Of a DNA stretch of 40,808 nucleotides, positions 24,327-33,915 are shown in pieces. This DNA comes from Pirellulales bacterium. GTDB taxonomy: Bacteria > Planctomycetota > Planctomycetia > Pirellulales > UBA1268. Location of the stretch: assembly GCA_044355515.1 (NCBI GenBank), contig JBIKXY010000002.1, positions 1-40,808 of the forward strand, read 5' to 3'. The notes under the pieces are model-generated. The model did not search any database. It was not told where the DNA came from and worked only from the letters and a program-made list of their open reading frames with translations. Position numbers and translations under genes: made by a program. Within the stretch, counting starts at the first letter, position 1. Each line of letters opens with the position of its first letter.

Positions 24327-25658
24327 ATGAGCGAGCGACGGGTGGTGGTGACGGGGCTGGGCGTGGTCTGCCCGCTGGGTTTGACGACCGACGACGTGTG
24401 GACCGGCCTGGAACGGGGCACGAGCGGCGTCGGGCCGATCGAGTCGTTTTCCGCAGCCGGGCTCCCGCTGCGGCACGCCGCCGAGGCCCGCTGCTTTACC
24501 GGTGCGATCACCGACTTCGGCGACCTCGATGGCGAGAAGAAAAAGGCCGTCCGCAAAGGGCTCAAGGTGATGTGCCGGGAGAGCCAGATGGCGGTGGCCG
24601 CTGCCCAGCGGGCCCTGCACGACGCGGGCGACGCCCTCGCCCGGCATGCGCCGGAGCGGTTTGGCTGCGTGTTCGGCTCCGACTACATGCTCACCCTGCC
24701 CGAGGACTTCACGGCCGGCATCGCGGCCTGCCGGGGAGCCGATGGCGGCTTCGACTTCAACCGCTGGGCCACCGCCGGCATGCCCCTGCTCAATCCGCTC
24801 TGGCTGTTGAAATACCTGCCCAACATGCCGGGCAGCCATATCGCGATCTTCAACGACCTCCGCGGCCCGAGCAACTCCCTCACGGTCCGCGAGGCGAGCG
24901 GCCACCTGGCGGTGGGCGAGGCGGCCGTGACGATCCAGCGGGGGATGGCCGACATCATGGTGGCGGGCGCGACGGGCACCCGCGTCCATCCGATGAAAAC
25001 GGTCCACGCCCTTCAGTGCGAGCAGGTGGCGCTCGAGGGGCTGGGGGGCGACCCGGCCACCTGGAGCCGCCCCTTCGACGCTGGTCGCCGGGGCATGGTG
25101 CTGGGTGAAGGAGCGGCGGTCTTGGTTCTCGAGGAACTCGAGTCGGCGCGGGCGAGGGGCGCGAAAATCTACGCCGAAGTGGCGGGGCACGCCGCGGCCT
25201 GCGGCGCTGATCGCGGTGCCATCGGCCAGCGGCGGGCGACCCTCGCGCAGGCGGTCGGCACGGCGCTGGATCGGGCCGGTCTGGCGGGCGACGGGCTTGG
25301 CCATGTCCATGCTCAGGGCCTGAGCACGGTGACGGGCGACCGCGACGAGGCGGCCGCGCTGTGCGACGTCCTCGGGGACGCCGCCGCTCGAATCCCGACG
25401 GTGGCCGCCAAGGGAAACTTCGGCAACCTGGGCGCGGGCAGCGGCTTGGTGGAGTGCGTGGCCAGCATCCTGGCCCTGGCGCGGGGAACGTTGTTTCCGC
25501 TGCTCAACTACGAGTCGGCCGATGCTGACTGCCCGGTACGGGCGGCCCGACAAGGCGACCCCGCAGGCGAGTCGTTCGTTTCCGCGGCCGCCACGCCGCA
25601 GGGACAAGCCGGGGCCGTGGTTTTTCGCCGCTGGCCTTCAGCTCCAGCAGCTGCTTGA
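24327..25658 (+). CDS. beta-ketoacyl synthase paralogue with a substituted catalytic triad (probably non-catalytic, CLF-like)
   Basis: An ungapped local alignment to the neighbouring FabF shows three substitutions. GPNFAVATACASA aligns with GPSNSLTVREASG (Cys to Glu, codon 24891-24893). INAHGTSTPLGD aligns with VHAQGLSTVTGD (His to Gln, 25314-25316). TKSQLGHTLGASG aligns with AKGNFGNLGAGSG (His to Asn, 25425-25427). The thiolase-fold N-terminus MSERRVVVTGLGVVCPLG is conserved. Confidence 0.8.
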   Translation: MSERRVVVTGLGVVCPLGLTTDDVWTGLERGTSGVGPIESFSAAGLPLRHAAEARCFTGAITDFGDLDGEKKKAVRKGLKVMCRESQMAVAAAQRALHDAGDALARHAPERFGCVFGSDYMLTLPEDFTAGIAACRGADGGFDFNRWATAGMPLLNPLWLLKYLPNMPGSHIAIFNDLRGPSNSLTVREASGHLAVGEAAVTIQRGMADIMVAGATGTRVHPMKTVHALQCEQVALEGLGGDPATWSRPFDAGRRGMVLGEGAAVLVLEELESARARGAKIYAEVAGHAAACGADRGAIGQRRATLAQAVGTALDRAGLAGDGLGHVHAQGLSTVTGDRDEAAALCDVLGDAAARIPTVAAKGNFGNLGAGSGLVECVASILALARGTLFPLLNYESADADCPVRAARQGDPAGESFVSAAATPQGQAGAVVFRRWPSAPAAA

Positions 25659-25844
25659 CAGTCGGCCCTCGGTCGCCTACTCTCGACGGCTTGGCTTTCG
25701 TGAGGATGGTTGCTGGTTCGCGGATTCGCTTCCAGACCTTTTCCGCCGCTCTTGGGCGACGTGGAACAGGTCTCGGCGCCCATGTCGTGGTATGGCGTCG
25801 GCAGTGCCGGCGATGGCATTCCACGCAGGCCGTGCCGAGACACC

Positions 25845-27164
25845 ATGAAACCAGAAGAAATTCTCCGCGTCGTCGATGCGATTCATCGCGACAAAAACAT
25901 CGACAAGGAGATCGTGTTCCAGGCCGTGGAGTCGGCCCTGGTCACGGCTCTTTCCCGTCAGTACGGGGAGACCGCGGCGATCGTGATCGCGATCGACCGG
26001 ACCGACGGCACGATTTCCGGCACGCACGACGGCCAGCCGATCGAGTCGGCCGAGTTGGCCGGCAGGATCGGGGCCCAGACCGCCAAGCAGGTGATCATTC
26101 AAAAAATTCGTGAGGCCGAGCGAGACGCCATCCACGACGAGTTCGAAGAGCAGGTGGGCCACATGGTCTCCGGCGTCGTGACCCGCTTCGAGGGGGCGAC
26201 GGCGACGGTGACGCTCGGGGCCAACGAAGCGATCCTGCCCCGCAGCGAGCAGATCCCGGGCGAGAGCTACCATCCCAACGAGCGGATCCGGGCCACGATT
26301 TTCGAGGTCCGCAAGGTCGGCAGCCGGGTCAAGATCATCCTCTCCCGGATCCGGCCGCAGCTGGTGCAGCGGCTGTTCGAACAGGAGATTCCCGAGATCG
26401 CGGATGGCGTGATCGAGATCCGGGCGATCGCCCGCGAGCCGGGCTACCGCAGCAAGGTGGCCGTGATCAGCTCCGACAACCGGATCGACTGCGTGGGCGC
26501 CTGCGTGGGCGTCCGCGGCAACCGGATCAAGAACATCGTCGAAGAGCTCGGCGGCGAGCGGATCGACATCGTCCGCTGGAGCGACGACCTGCAGGTGCTC
26601 GTGCCCAACGCCCTGCAGCCGGCCGAGGTGGACGAGGTGATCCTCTGCCAAATGCTCGGCCGCGGCATCGTGCTCGTCCGCGAGGACCAGCTCTCGCTGG
26701 CGATCGGCCGCCGCGGCCAGAATGTCCGCCTGGCCAGCAAGCTCTGCGGCTGGGACATCGAGATCATGACCCAAGAGGAGCTCGACCAGCAGATCGAGCG
26801 TGCCACAGCCGGTTTCGCCTCGATCGAGGGGCTCGATGATTCGCTCGCCGAGCGGCTCGTGGGCGAGGGATTTCTCTCATACGACGACCTGTCGGTGATC
26901 GAGCCGGAAGACCTGATGGAGATGGGCGGCTTGTCCGCCGAAGCGGTCGATCAAATAGTTGCGGAAGCGGAGCGGCGGGCGGCACTGGCCGAAGAGGCCG
27001 CAGCCGACGAGCGGCGGAAGCAGCGGGAGCAGGAGCGGATCGCCAAGGCGACGGCGGAGGCCGAGGCGGCAGAGGCTGCTCTCACGGGCGGGTCCGGCCT
27101 GCTGGCGGAGGGCGAGTCGGCGGCACCCGAGGGTGCTGCCGAGGCTGCCGGTGAGTCGCCGTGA
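25845..27164 (+). CDS. nusA: transcription termination/antitermination factor NusA
   Basis: ATG 25845 gives [35 protein letters not shown], a canonical NusA start. The S1 and KH regions follow ([26 protein letters not shown]). The track start at 25710 is a spurious extension. Confidence 0.9.
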   Translation: MKPEEILRVVDAIHRDKNIDKEIVFQAVESALVTALSRQYGETAAIVIAIDRTDGTISGTHDGQPIESAELAGRIGAQTAKQVIIQKIREAERDAIHDEFEEQVGHMVSGVVTRFEGATATVTLGANEAILPRSEQIPGESYHPNERIRATIFEVRKVGSRVKIILSRIRPQLVQRLFEQEIPEIADGVIEIRAIAREPGYRSKVAVISSDNRIDCVGACVGVRGNRIKNIVEELGGERIDIVRWSDDLQVLVPNALQPAEVDEVILCQMLGRGIVLVREDQLSLAIGRRGQNVRLASKLCGWDIEIMTQEELDQQIERATAGFASIEGLDDSLAERLVGEGFLSYDDLSVIEPEDLMEMGGLSAEAVDQIVAEAERRAALAEEAAADERRKQREQERIAKATAEAEAAEAALTGGSGLLAEGESAAPEGAAEAAGESP

Positions 27165-27254
27165 TGGCCGGAACGCGGGGCCTGCAGGGGTCGATAGCAG
27201 AGGCGGAAAGAACGAGCGGGAGCGGCCGGCGACAGCCGGCAGAAAGAGGCACGA

Positions 27255-29882
27255 GTGGCTGTTCGGATTTATACGCTGGCGAAGGAACTGAAGCTCGACA
27301 GCAAAGAGCTGGTCGACCTGTGCACCCGCGCCGGCATCCAGGACAAGGGCTCCGCGCTCGCCAGCCTCACCGACGAGGAGGTTGTGAAACTCAGGGAGTT
27401 CATGGCCGGCAAGGCCAAGGCCGCTGAGAAACCCGCCGCGGCGGTCCGGCCCGGCGTCCCGATCCGTCCGGCCACGCCCGCCCCCGTCAAGCGCGAGGAT
27501 TACATCGCCCCGGCCGGTGTCGCCGGCAAGGGCAAGCCGCCGGAGGTGGTCCCCCCCGCGCCCGTGGCCGAGAAGCCCGCCGAGCCACGACCGCGTCCCG
27601 GCCCGCGGCCCAGCGGCGCCAAGCCGATGCCCCGGCCGGCGTTCAAGCTGGCGCCGCTCCCGGCGGCCGGCCGCGCCGCACCGCCGCCGACCCGCGCGGC
27701 ACAGGAGCCGGTGGCCCAGAAACCCGACGTCAAGCTCCCGCTCGATGCCATTCGCAGCGCCAAGGCCGGTGGGGCCAAGCCGCTCGCCGATCACATGCGG
27801 AAGGCCGAGCAGCGGCAGGCCGGCGAGGCGGCGCGGGCCCGGACGGGCGGCCTTCTGGGCGGTGCCGGCAGCCCTGCTCCGGCTCCCCTGCCCCCGCTCC
27901 AGCCCGGCATGCGGCCGCGGCGCACGCCCTCCAAGACCGGCGCGGGCGGCGACGACCTGCTCGGCGGCCGCGATCTCCGCCAACTGCACCGCAAGCGGAT
28001 CTCCGAGAAGGGGGGCGGCCTCGACGACGAAGACGGTGCGCTGCGGCGGCGGCGGGCCAGCCGACCCCGCAAGGGATCGGGCGTGTCCACCGCGGCGCCC
28101 CGCAAGGCCAACGCCTCGATCCAGGTTCCCTGCACCGTGCGGGCGTTTTCCGAGGCGATCGGCCTGGCCGCCAGCGAGGTGCTCAAGAAGCTGCTCTCGT
28201 TCGGGATGGACTCGATGCCGAGCATGAGCTCGATGCTCGACCGCGACACGGTCGAACTGCTCGCTGCCGAGATGGGCGTGCAGCTCGACATCAAGACGGC
28301 CGAGGATCTGGAAAAGGAGCTGCTCGCAGGGTTCGACGCGGTGGACGAGGACCCCGAGCTGCGGCAGCCCCGGGGCCCGGTCGTCACCTTCCTCGGCCAC
28401 GTCGACCACGGCAAGACGTCGCTGCTCGACAGGATCCTGGGCATCGACGTGGCGGCCCGCGAGAGCGGCGGGATCACGCAGCATATCCGGGCCTACACGG
28501 TCGATCGCAACGGTATCCCGATCACCTTCGTCGACACGCCGGGCCACGAGGCCTTCACGCAGATGCGGGCCCGCGGGGCCAACGTGACCGACTGCGCCGT
28601 GATCGTGATCGCCGCCGACGACGGGCTGATGCCGCAGACAGAGGAGGCGATCAGCCACGCCAAGGCGGCCGGCGTGCCGATCGTGGTCTGCATCAACAAG
28701 ATCGACCTGCCCGGCGCCGACGTCGACCGTATCTACCAGCAGCTGGCGGCCAACGAGCTCCTCCCGAGCGAGTGGGGCGGCGAGACGGAGGTGGTGAAGA
28801 CGAGCGCGGTCACGGGCGTGGGCGTCGAGTCGCTGCTCGACACGCTCCTGACGATCGCCGAACTCCACGACCTGCGGGCCAACCCCGACCGGGCGGCGGT
28901 GGGCGTCTGCCTCGACGCATCGATCCACGAGGGGCGGGGCGTGGTGGCCTGCCTGATGGTGCAGAAGGGCACGCTCAAGGTCGGCGACGCCATCGTGTGC
29001 GGTGAGGCGAGCGGCAACGTCAAAGCGATGACCGGCACGCTCAACCGCCGCAAGATCGCCGCGGCCGGGCCGGCGATGCCGGTGTTCGTCACCGGTCTCG
29101 ACGTGGCCCCTGGAGCCGGCGAGCGGTTTCAGGTGGTCGACTCCATCGCGCTGGCCCGCGAGGTGGCGGTCAAGCGGAGCGACATCCGCCGCCACAGCAC
29201 GCTGGCGAGCGCCCCCGTGCATGTCACGCTCGAGACGCTGGCTTCCCGGCTGAGCGGCGAGAAGGCCCCCACCCTCAACTTGATCCTCCGGGCGGACGTC
29301 CGCGGTTCGATCGAGGCGATTCTCAAGGAACTCCAGAAGCTCGAGCATCCCGAGGTCAAGATTCGGGTGCTTCAGGCGATGGTGGGGGGCGTGACGGAAG
29401 CCGACGTGGCCCTGGCCGACGCCTCCGACGCGGTGATCATCGCCTTCAACGTGGTGCCCGACGAGCGGGCCCGCTCGGCCGCCGAGGAGCGGGGTGTTCA
29501 GGTCCGCCGCTACGACATCATCTACCAGGTCACCGACGACCTGCGGAAGGCCCTCGAGGGGATGCTCGCGCCGGAGAAGCGGGAGACCGAGCTGGGCCGC
29601 GCCCTGGTCCAGCGGACCTTCAGCATCAGCCGCCTGGGCGTGATCGCCGGCTGCCGCGTGATCGCCGGGGTGATCGCCCGCAATGCCCGGCTGCGGGTGA
29701 TCCGCGACAGCCAGGTGCTCGGCGACTACGCGATCGACTCGCTCAAGCGTGAGAAGGACGACGCCCGCGAGGTGCGGGACGGCCTCGAGTGCGGCATCAA
29801 GCTGGCCGGCTTCAACGACATCAAGGAGGGTGACATCTTCGAGTGCTACCGAATCGAGGAAGTCGCCCGGACCCTCTCGTGA
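27255..29882 (+). CDS. infB: translation initiation factor IF-2
   Basis: The N-terminus is [20 protein letters not shown]. The GTPase motifs are [20 protein letters not shown] and NKID. The product is 875 aa, with a GTG start. Confidence 0.93.
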   Translation: MAVRIYTLAKELKLDSKELVDLCTRAGIQDKGSALASLTDEEVVKLREFMAGKAKAAEKPAAAVRPGVPIRPATPAPVKREDYIAPAGVAGKGKPPEVVPPAPVAEKPAEPRPRPGPRPSGAKPMPRPAFKLAPLPAAGRAAPPPTRAAQEPVAQKPDVKLPLDAIRSAKAGGAKPLADHMRKAEQRQAGEAARARTGGLLGGAGSPAPAPLPPLQPGMRPRRTPSKTGAGGDDLLGGRDLRQLHRKRISEKGGGLDDEDGALRRRRASRPRKGSGVSTAAPRKANASIQVPCTVRAFSEAIGLAASEVLKKLLSFGMDSMPSMSSMLDRDTVELLAAEMGVQLDIKTAEDLEKELLAGFDAVDEDPELRQPRGPVVTFLGHVDHGKTSLLDRILGIDVAARESGGITQHIRAYTVDRNGIPITFVDTPGHEAFTQMRARGANVTDCAVIVIAADDGLMPQTEEAISHAKAAGVPIVVCINKIDLPGADVDRIYQQLAANELLPSEWGGETEVVKTSAVTGVGVESLLDTLLTIAELHDLRANPDRAAVGVCLDASIHEGRGVVACLMVQKGTLKVGDAIVCGEASGNVKAMTGTLNRRKIAAAGPAMPVFVTGLDVAPGAGERFQVVDSIALAREVAVKRSDIRRHSTLASAPVHVTLETLASRLSGEKAPTLNLILRADVRGSIEAILKELQKLEHPEVKIRVLQAMVGGVTEADVALADASDAVIIAFNVVPDERARSAAEERGVQVRRYDIIYQVTDDLRKALEGMLAPEKRETELGRALVQRTFSISRLGVIAGCRVIAGVIARNARLRVIRDSQVLGDYAIDSLKREKDDAREVRDGLECGIKLAGFNDIKEGDIFECYRIEEVARTLS

Positions 29883-30280
29883 GCACGCGACGACTCCTCA
29901 AGGCGGCCGAGGCGGTGCGGGGGGTGGTCAGCATGGCCATCCTGACCGAGGTGCGTGACCCGCGGGTCAAGGACGTCACCGTCACCCGGGTGGAGATGGC
30001 CCCCGACATGCGGTCGGCGACGGTGTTTGTCTCCGTGATGGGCAATGCCGCCCGCGAGCAACTCGCCCTCCGGGGCCTGGCCAATGCGGCCGGGTTTCTC
30101 CAGTCACGGATCGCCGACCGGATCGAGACCCGCTACATCCCCCGGCTGCGGTTCGAGATCGACGCCGGCGTGAAGCACTCGCTCGAGATCGCCCGCGTGC
30201 TCGGCGAGGTCCTGCCTGCCGAAACGGTCGCCGCCTCACCATCGATCAGCCCCGAGGAACCTCACCAGGACGAAGCATGA
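29879..30280 (+). CDS. rbfA: ribosome-binding factor A
   Basis: The GTG at 29879 overlaps the infB stop (GTGA). The sequence [52 protein letters not shown] is typical RbfA. Confidence 0.85.
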   Translation: MSTRRLLKAAEAVRGVVSMAILTEVRDPRVKDVTVTRVEMAPDMRSATVFVSVMGNAAREQLALRGLANAAGFLQSRIADRIETRYIPRLRFEIDAGVKHSLEIARVLGEVLPAETVAASPSISPEEPHQDEA

Positions 30281-31566
30281 CCGCACCCAAGCGCCCCGTT
30301 CCCCCCAAGTCTCGCCCTGCCGCTCCGGCCAAGCCTGTCCCGCCCGCCAAGGCCGGCTCGAAGGCTGTCCAAGCGGCCGCAAAGGCAGGCCCGGCCAAGC
30401 CGGCCGCAAAGGCAGGCCCGGCCAAGCCGGTGGCAAAGGGAGGGCCCGCCAAGCCGGTGGCAAAGGGAGGGCCCGCCAAGCCGGCGGCCGCGCCGCAGGA
30501 GCCGAAGCCGGTGCCGGAAAAAACTCCGCCTCGTGGCCAGTTGCTTCCCAAACTGCACAAGGCGCTCAAGAGCCACTACACGCCGTTTGCAGCCAACACC
30601 TCGCGGGACTTGCTCGACCAGGTGTTGTTCGCTTGTTGTCTGGAGAACGCTCCGGCTGACGTCGCCGAAAAGGCGTTTGCCCGGCTGAAGCAGGTCTATG
30701 CCGATCCAAACGAGGTGCGGGTGACGACGGTCGCAGAACTCGCCGAGGCCCTGCACGACCTCCCCGATCCGGCGCGGGCGGCGCTCGCACTCCGCCGCGC
30801 CCTCCAGGGCGTGTTCGAGTCGACCTACATGTTTTCCCTCGACCATGCCCGAAAAAACTCGCTCGCCCACGGCCTGAAGATCCTCGAAGGACTTCACGGC
30901 GTGCCGCCTTTCGCCGTGCAATACGTGGCCTCGACCGCCCTCGGCGGACACCTGATCCCGCTCGACCGGGCCGCCCTGGCAGCCTTGTGGCTCTGCGGTC
31001 TTGTCACGCAGCAGGAATACGACTCGGGCAAGGTGCCGGGGCTGGAACGGATCATCGCCAAGAAGTCGGGCGGGGAGTTCAGCTCGCTCCTCCATCAGTT
31101 CGGCATCGACGTGCTCACCAATCTTCATGGCAACACCGTCCGGAAGATCGTGCAGGCCGTGAACCCTGCCGCCAAGGACCGGTTTCCGAAGCGAGGGGAG
31201 CAGGTGCCCGAGCCCGTGCCCCCGGTGGTGACCGACAAGGCGGGGATCAAGGCGGCCGATGCGGCCCGGGCGGCGGCCGAGGAACTTCGCCCGGCGGGGC
31301 CGCAGGCGGCAGCCCGGCCGGCCGGCAAAACTCCGCTGCCACCCCCGGGCTCGGGCCCCAAGAAGCCGGGCGACGGCAAGGGCAAGAGCGGGCCAAAACC
31401 GTTCGTCGTCAAGCCGCTGTCGATCAAGCCGCCCGCGGCCCCGCCGGCTCCGGTACCGGAGCCGGCGCCGAAGGCCGCGGCCAAGCCGCCCAAGGCGGCC
31501 GCGGTCGTCAAGCCCAAGCCGACGCTCAAGCACTCGGCCCAGTTGAGCAAACGGAAGCCGCGCTAG
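30277..31566 (+). CDS. hypothetical protein: Lys/Pro/Ala-repeat tails flanking an EndoIII-like helix-hairpin-helix core (candidate DNA-binding protein)
   Basis: The ATG overlaps the rbfA stop (ATGA). The N-terminal ~90 aa and C-terminal ~130 aa are AKxGPAKP/KP-rich. The core (RDLLDQVLFACCLENAPADVAEKAFARLKQ...LEGLHGVPPFAVQYVASTALGGHLIPLDRA) follows the EndoIII/HhH-GPD helix pattern but lacks the HhH lysine and the C-terminal Cys cluster. Confidence 0.6.
   Translation: MTAPKRPVPPKSRPAAPAKPVPPAKAGSKAVQAAAKAGPAKPAAKAGPAKPVAKGGPAKPVAKGGPAKPAAAPQEPKPVPEKTPPRGQLLPKLHKALKSHYTPFAANTSRDLLDQVLFACCLENAPADVAEKAFARLKQVYADPNEVRVTTVAELAEALHDLPDPARAALALRRALQGVFESTYMFSLDHARKNSLAHGLKILEGLHGVPPFAVQYVASTALGGHLIPLDRAALAALWLCGLVTQQEYDSGKVPGLERIIAKKSGGEFSSLLHQFGIDVLTNLHGNTVRKIVQAVNPAAKDRFPKRGEQVPEPVPPVVTDKAGIKAADAARAAAEELRPAGPQAAARPAGKTPLPPPGSGPKKPGDGKGKSGPKPFVVKPLSIKPPAAPPAPVPEPAPKAAAKPPKAAAVVKPKPTLKHSAQLSKRKPR
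30376..30483 (+). repeat. in-frame 27-bp tandem repeat x4 inside the CDS
   Basis: Units 30376-30402 and 30403-30429 are identical (AAKAGPAKP). Units 30430-30456 and 30457-30483 are identical (VAKGGPAKP). Confidence 0.9.
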
Positions 31567-31577
31567 CAGGAGAGACC

Positions 31578-32327
31578 ATGGCCGGACATTCCCACTGGGC
31601 GAACATCGCCCGCAAGAAGGCCGTCGTTGACGCCAAGCGGGGCAAGCTCTGGAGCAAGCTCGCCAAGGCGATCATCGTGGCGGCCAAGCACGGCGGCGGC
31701 GATCCCGACGCGAACCTCCGACTTCGCTACGCGATCGACGCGGCCAAGGCCGTGAGCATGCCCAAGGACAACATCCAGCGGGCGATCAAGACCGGCACGG
31801 GCGAGTTCAAGGGGGGCGACCTCGAGGAGTCGCTCTACGAGGGCTACGCGGCCGGCGGCGTGGCCGTGTTGTGCGAGATCCTGACCGACAACAAGAACCG
31901 CACGGCTCCCGAGATCCGCAAGATCTTCGAACTGTGCGGCGGCAAGCTTGGCGGCACCGGCTGCGTGGCCTACCTCTTCGAGCGGAAGGGACTGATTCGG
32001 CTGCCGGCGGTGGCCTGCGACGAGGACCGGATCATGGAACTGGCCCTCGAGGCCGGGGCCGACGACGTGAAGCGGGCCGATGACCAATGGGAGATCGTCT
32101 GCGACCCGGCGGCGATGACCGGCGTGCTCGAGGCCCTCCAGGCCGCTGGCCTGGAGCCGGCCTCGAACGAACTCGTGCGTATCCCGACCAACACGGTGGA
32201 CGTGGACGACGTCGAGACGGCCCGCAAGGTGCTCAATCTGATGGAGCGGCTCGACGACCACGACGACGTCCAGAGCGTGGCCGCCAACTTCAGCATCCCC
32301 GACGCCGCCCTGGCGGAACTCTCCTGA
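31578..32327 (+). CDS. yebC: YebC/PmpR-family DNA-binding transcriptional regulator
   Basis: ATG 31578 has AGGAGAG upstream. MAGHSHWANIARKKAVVDAKRGKLWSKLAKAI is the family signature start. The track ORF 30987..32327 is an upstream extension that overlaps the preceding gene. Confidence 0.92.
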   Translation: MAGHSHWANIARKKAVVDAKRGKLWSKLAKAIIVAAKHGGGDPDANLRLRYAIDAAKAVSMPKDNIQRAIKTGTGEFKGGDLEESLYEGYAAGGVAVLCEILTDNKNRTAPEIRKIFELCGGKLGGTGCVAYLFERKGLIRLPAVACDEDRIMELALEAGADDVKRADDQWEIVCDPAAMTGVLEALQAAGLEPASNELVRIPTNTVDVDDVETARKVLNLMERLDDHDDVQSVAANFSIPDAALAELS

Positions 32328-32354
32328 ACCCGCCGCCGGGCGGAGGCCCGGCAA

Positions 32355-32385
32355 GGCGGCAGGGGGCAGGGATGCCCCTGCCGCC
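32355..32385. terminator. GC-rich hairpin between convergent yebC and the cytochrome gene
   Basis: An 11-bp perfect stem, GGCGGCAGGGG (32355-32365) / CCCCTGCCGCC (32375-32385), with a 9-nt loop. There is no U-tract, so its function as a terminator is tentative. Confidence 0.35.
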
Positions 32386-32391
32386 GTGAAG

Positions 32392-33894
32392 CTAGTGCTC
32401 GACGGCGGGCCAGTATTCGTCGAAGTCGAACTGCGGGCTGTTGTCGAGGTCGTGGCACTCGAGGCAGTTGTTGACCGCCTTTTCCTTGCCTTCAGGGGTA
32501 TCGAGCGAGAGCACGAGTTCAGCCCGGAGCCGATCCCGCTCGGCCTCGGTCGCCCGCACATCCCCCCGTTCGACCGCCGTGTGAGCGGCGGCCGGGCCGT
32601 GACAGTTCTCGCAGCCCTGATGGGCGAGGTGCGGCGTCTTCGCCATGCCCGCAAAGCCCCCTTCGAAGGGCTCGAACCGCTGCGGAGCCCAGCCCACGAC
32701 GTGGCAGGAGAGGCATTCGGGATCGCCGTCGCGGCGCGGCCTCGCCTCCTCGAGCGTGGTCAGCGCCGTGGCGTGCGGCGAATCCTTCCAGACGTCGAAA
32801 GCCTCCTGGTGGCACTCCTGGCAGGCTGCGCTGCCGGCGAATCGCCGGCCGGAGGGATGACGGATCGGGGCGAGCCCCAGACCGTCGAGCCCGAACGTCT
32901 CGAGTTTCTGCTGGTAGGTGGCCAGGAGATCGATCATGTCGGCCGCCTCGCCCCAGCGGGCGTCGAGCGGCACTCGCTGCGAGCGGACGGGGGTGGCGGC
33001 GTCGGCGAAGAAGCCCACGGCCACGGCGAACATCCCCTTGTGACCCAGTTCCACGAGCCGGCCGCCCCCGGGCAGCGCGGGCAACTCCCGCGGGGGCTCG
33101 TCGGCCCCGCCGGCCGTGGCCACGATGTCGAACTGCGGAAAGGCCGCGGCCAGCGCCTTGGTCTCCTCGGGCTTGGCGAAGCAGAGCAGCACCTGATGGT
33201 CGCAGCCTGCCTGGGCGAGTTCCGCGGCCACCGGGGCGAGCGCCTTGGCCGCCGGCACCACCTCGATGTCGTCGTTGCGGATCTGGGCCGCTTCGGCGTC
33301 GCCGAGCACGGTGGTGATCCCGATCTTCAGGCCACCGGCCTGGACCACCCGGAACCTGGGGGTGATGCCCGCGTCGAGCCCCAGCAGGCCGACATTGGCG
33401 CTCACGTAGGGCGTGGGCTGGTCGCCGATCGGGGCCACCGCGGCCACCAGTTCCTCGGCCGGCAGCCGCAGATCGCCCGGGCCGAAGCCGACTGCCGCGT
33501 ACTTCATGCCGCGGAGACCGTCCACGATCGACTGAAATTTGGCCTCGGTCTGCTTGCCGAACCGTTTGACCTGGCCGCCGAGATCGACCGGCACCACCTC
33601 CCAGCCGGCGGCTGCGAAGGCCCGGAGGAAGTTCTGCCGGCGGCTCAGGCCTCCCTTCTGGTTTTCCTTGCCGGTGCAGCCACAGGGCTCGATGTAGCCG
33701 TCGAGTTCGCCGGTAAAGACGAGCACCGCCTGCGGCTTCGGCCAGTCGCTGAACACCAGGCCGTTGCGGTCGCGGAAGGTCTCGACCACGCCATCGGCCA
33801 CGCCCGGCCCCCGGTCGGGCATCGTGGCCAGGGCGGCGCGGGCGAACAGGCAGCCGGCCAGGAGGCAAGACAACACGGGTGGGCGACGATTCAT
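32392..33894 (-). CDS. secreted tetrahaem c-type cytochrome with an N-terminal degenerate metallophosphoesterase/5'-nucleotidase-like domain
   Basis: The signal-like start is MNRRPPVLSCLLAGCLFARAALA. There are four CxxCH motifs (CQECH aa 358, CLSCH 394, CENCH 428, CLECH 477). The N-terminal block VLVFTGELDGYIEPCGCTGKENQKGGLSRR occupies the position of a phosphoesterase metal motif, but the Asp/His ligands are not evident. AGGAGA lies upstream of ATG 33894. Confidence 0.75.
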   Translation of the reverse strand: MNRRPPVLSCLLAGCLFARAALATMPDRGPGVADGVVETFRDRNGLVFSDWPKPQAVLVFTGELDGYIEPCGCTGKENQKGGLSRRQNFLRAFAAAGWEVVPVDLGGQVKRFGKQTEAKFQSIVDGLRGMKYAAVGFGPGDLRLPAEELVAAVAPIGDQPTPYVSANVGLLGLDAGITPRFRVVQAGGLKIGITTVLGDAEAAQIRNDDIEVVPAAKALAPVAAELAQAGCDHQVLLCFAKPEETKALAAAFPQFDIVATAGGADEPPRELPALPGGGRLVELGHKGMFAVAVGFFADAATPVRSQRVPLDARWGEAADMIDLLATYQQKLETFGLDGLGLAPIRHPSGRRFAGSAACQECHQEAFDVWKDSPHATALTTLEEARPRRDGDPECLSCHVVGWAPQRFEPFEGGFAGMAKTPHLAHQGCENCHGPAAAHTAVERGDVRATEAERDRLRAELVLSLDTPEGKEKAVNNCLECHDLDNSPQFDFDEYWPAVEH

Positions 33895-33915
33895 CGGGAT
33901 GTCGTTCTCCTGTCG

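Noticed and set aside
25706-25718. A 13-nt match (GGTTGCTGGTTCG) to the variable-loop/T-stem region of tRNA-Arg. I considered a tRNA fragment or att-site remnant upstream of nusA.
   Set aside because: Exact 13-mers are expected by chance many times in a 40-kb window read on both strands. The flanks do not fold into a T-arm or acceptor stem, and no integrase is nearby.
21749-29348. The antisense ORFs 21749..23626 (-), 23844..25607 (-), 25677..26774 (-) and 26877..29348 (-), and the alternative + frame ORF 22348..24330.
   Set aside because: They lie opposite or out of frame to clearly identified acpP, fabF, the KAS paralogue, nusA and infB. None has a family motif.
30987-31577. The upstream extension of the yebC ORF (track ORF 30987..32327).
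   Set aside because: It overlaps the preceding CDS in another frame. The family-typical MAGHSHWANI start at 31578 has a strong RBS.
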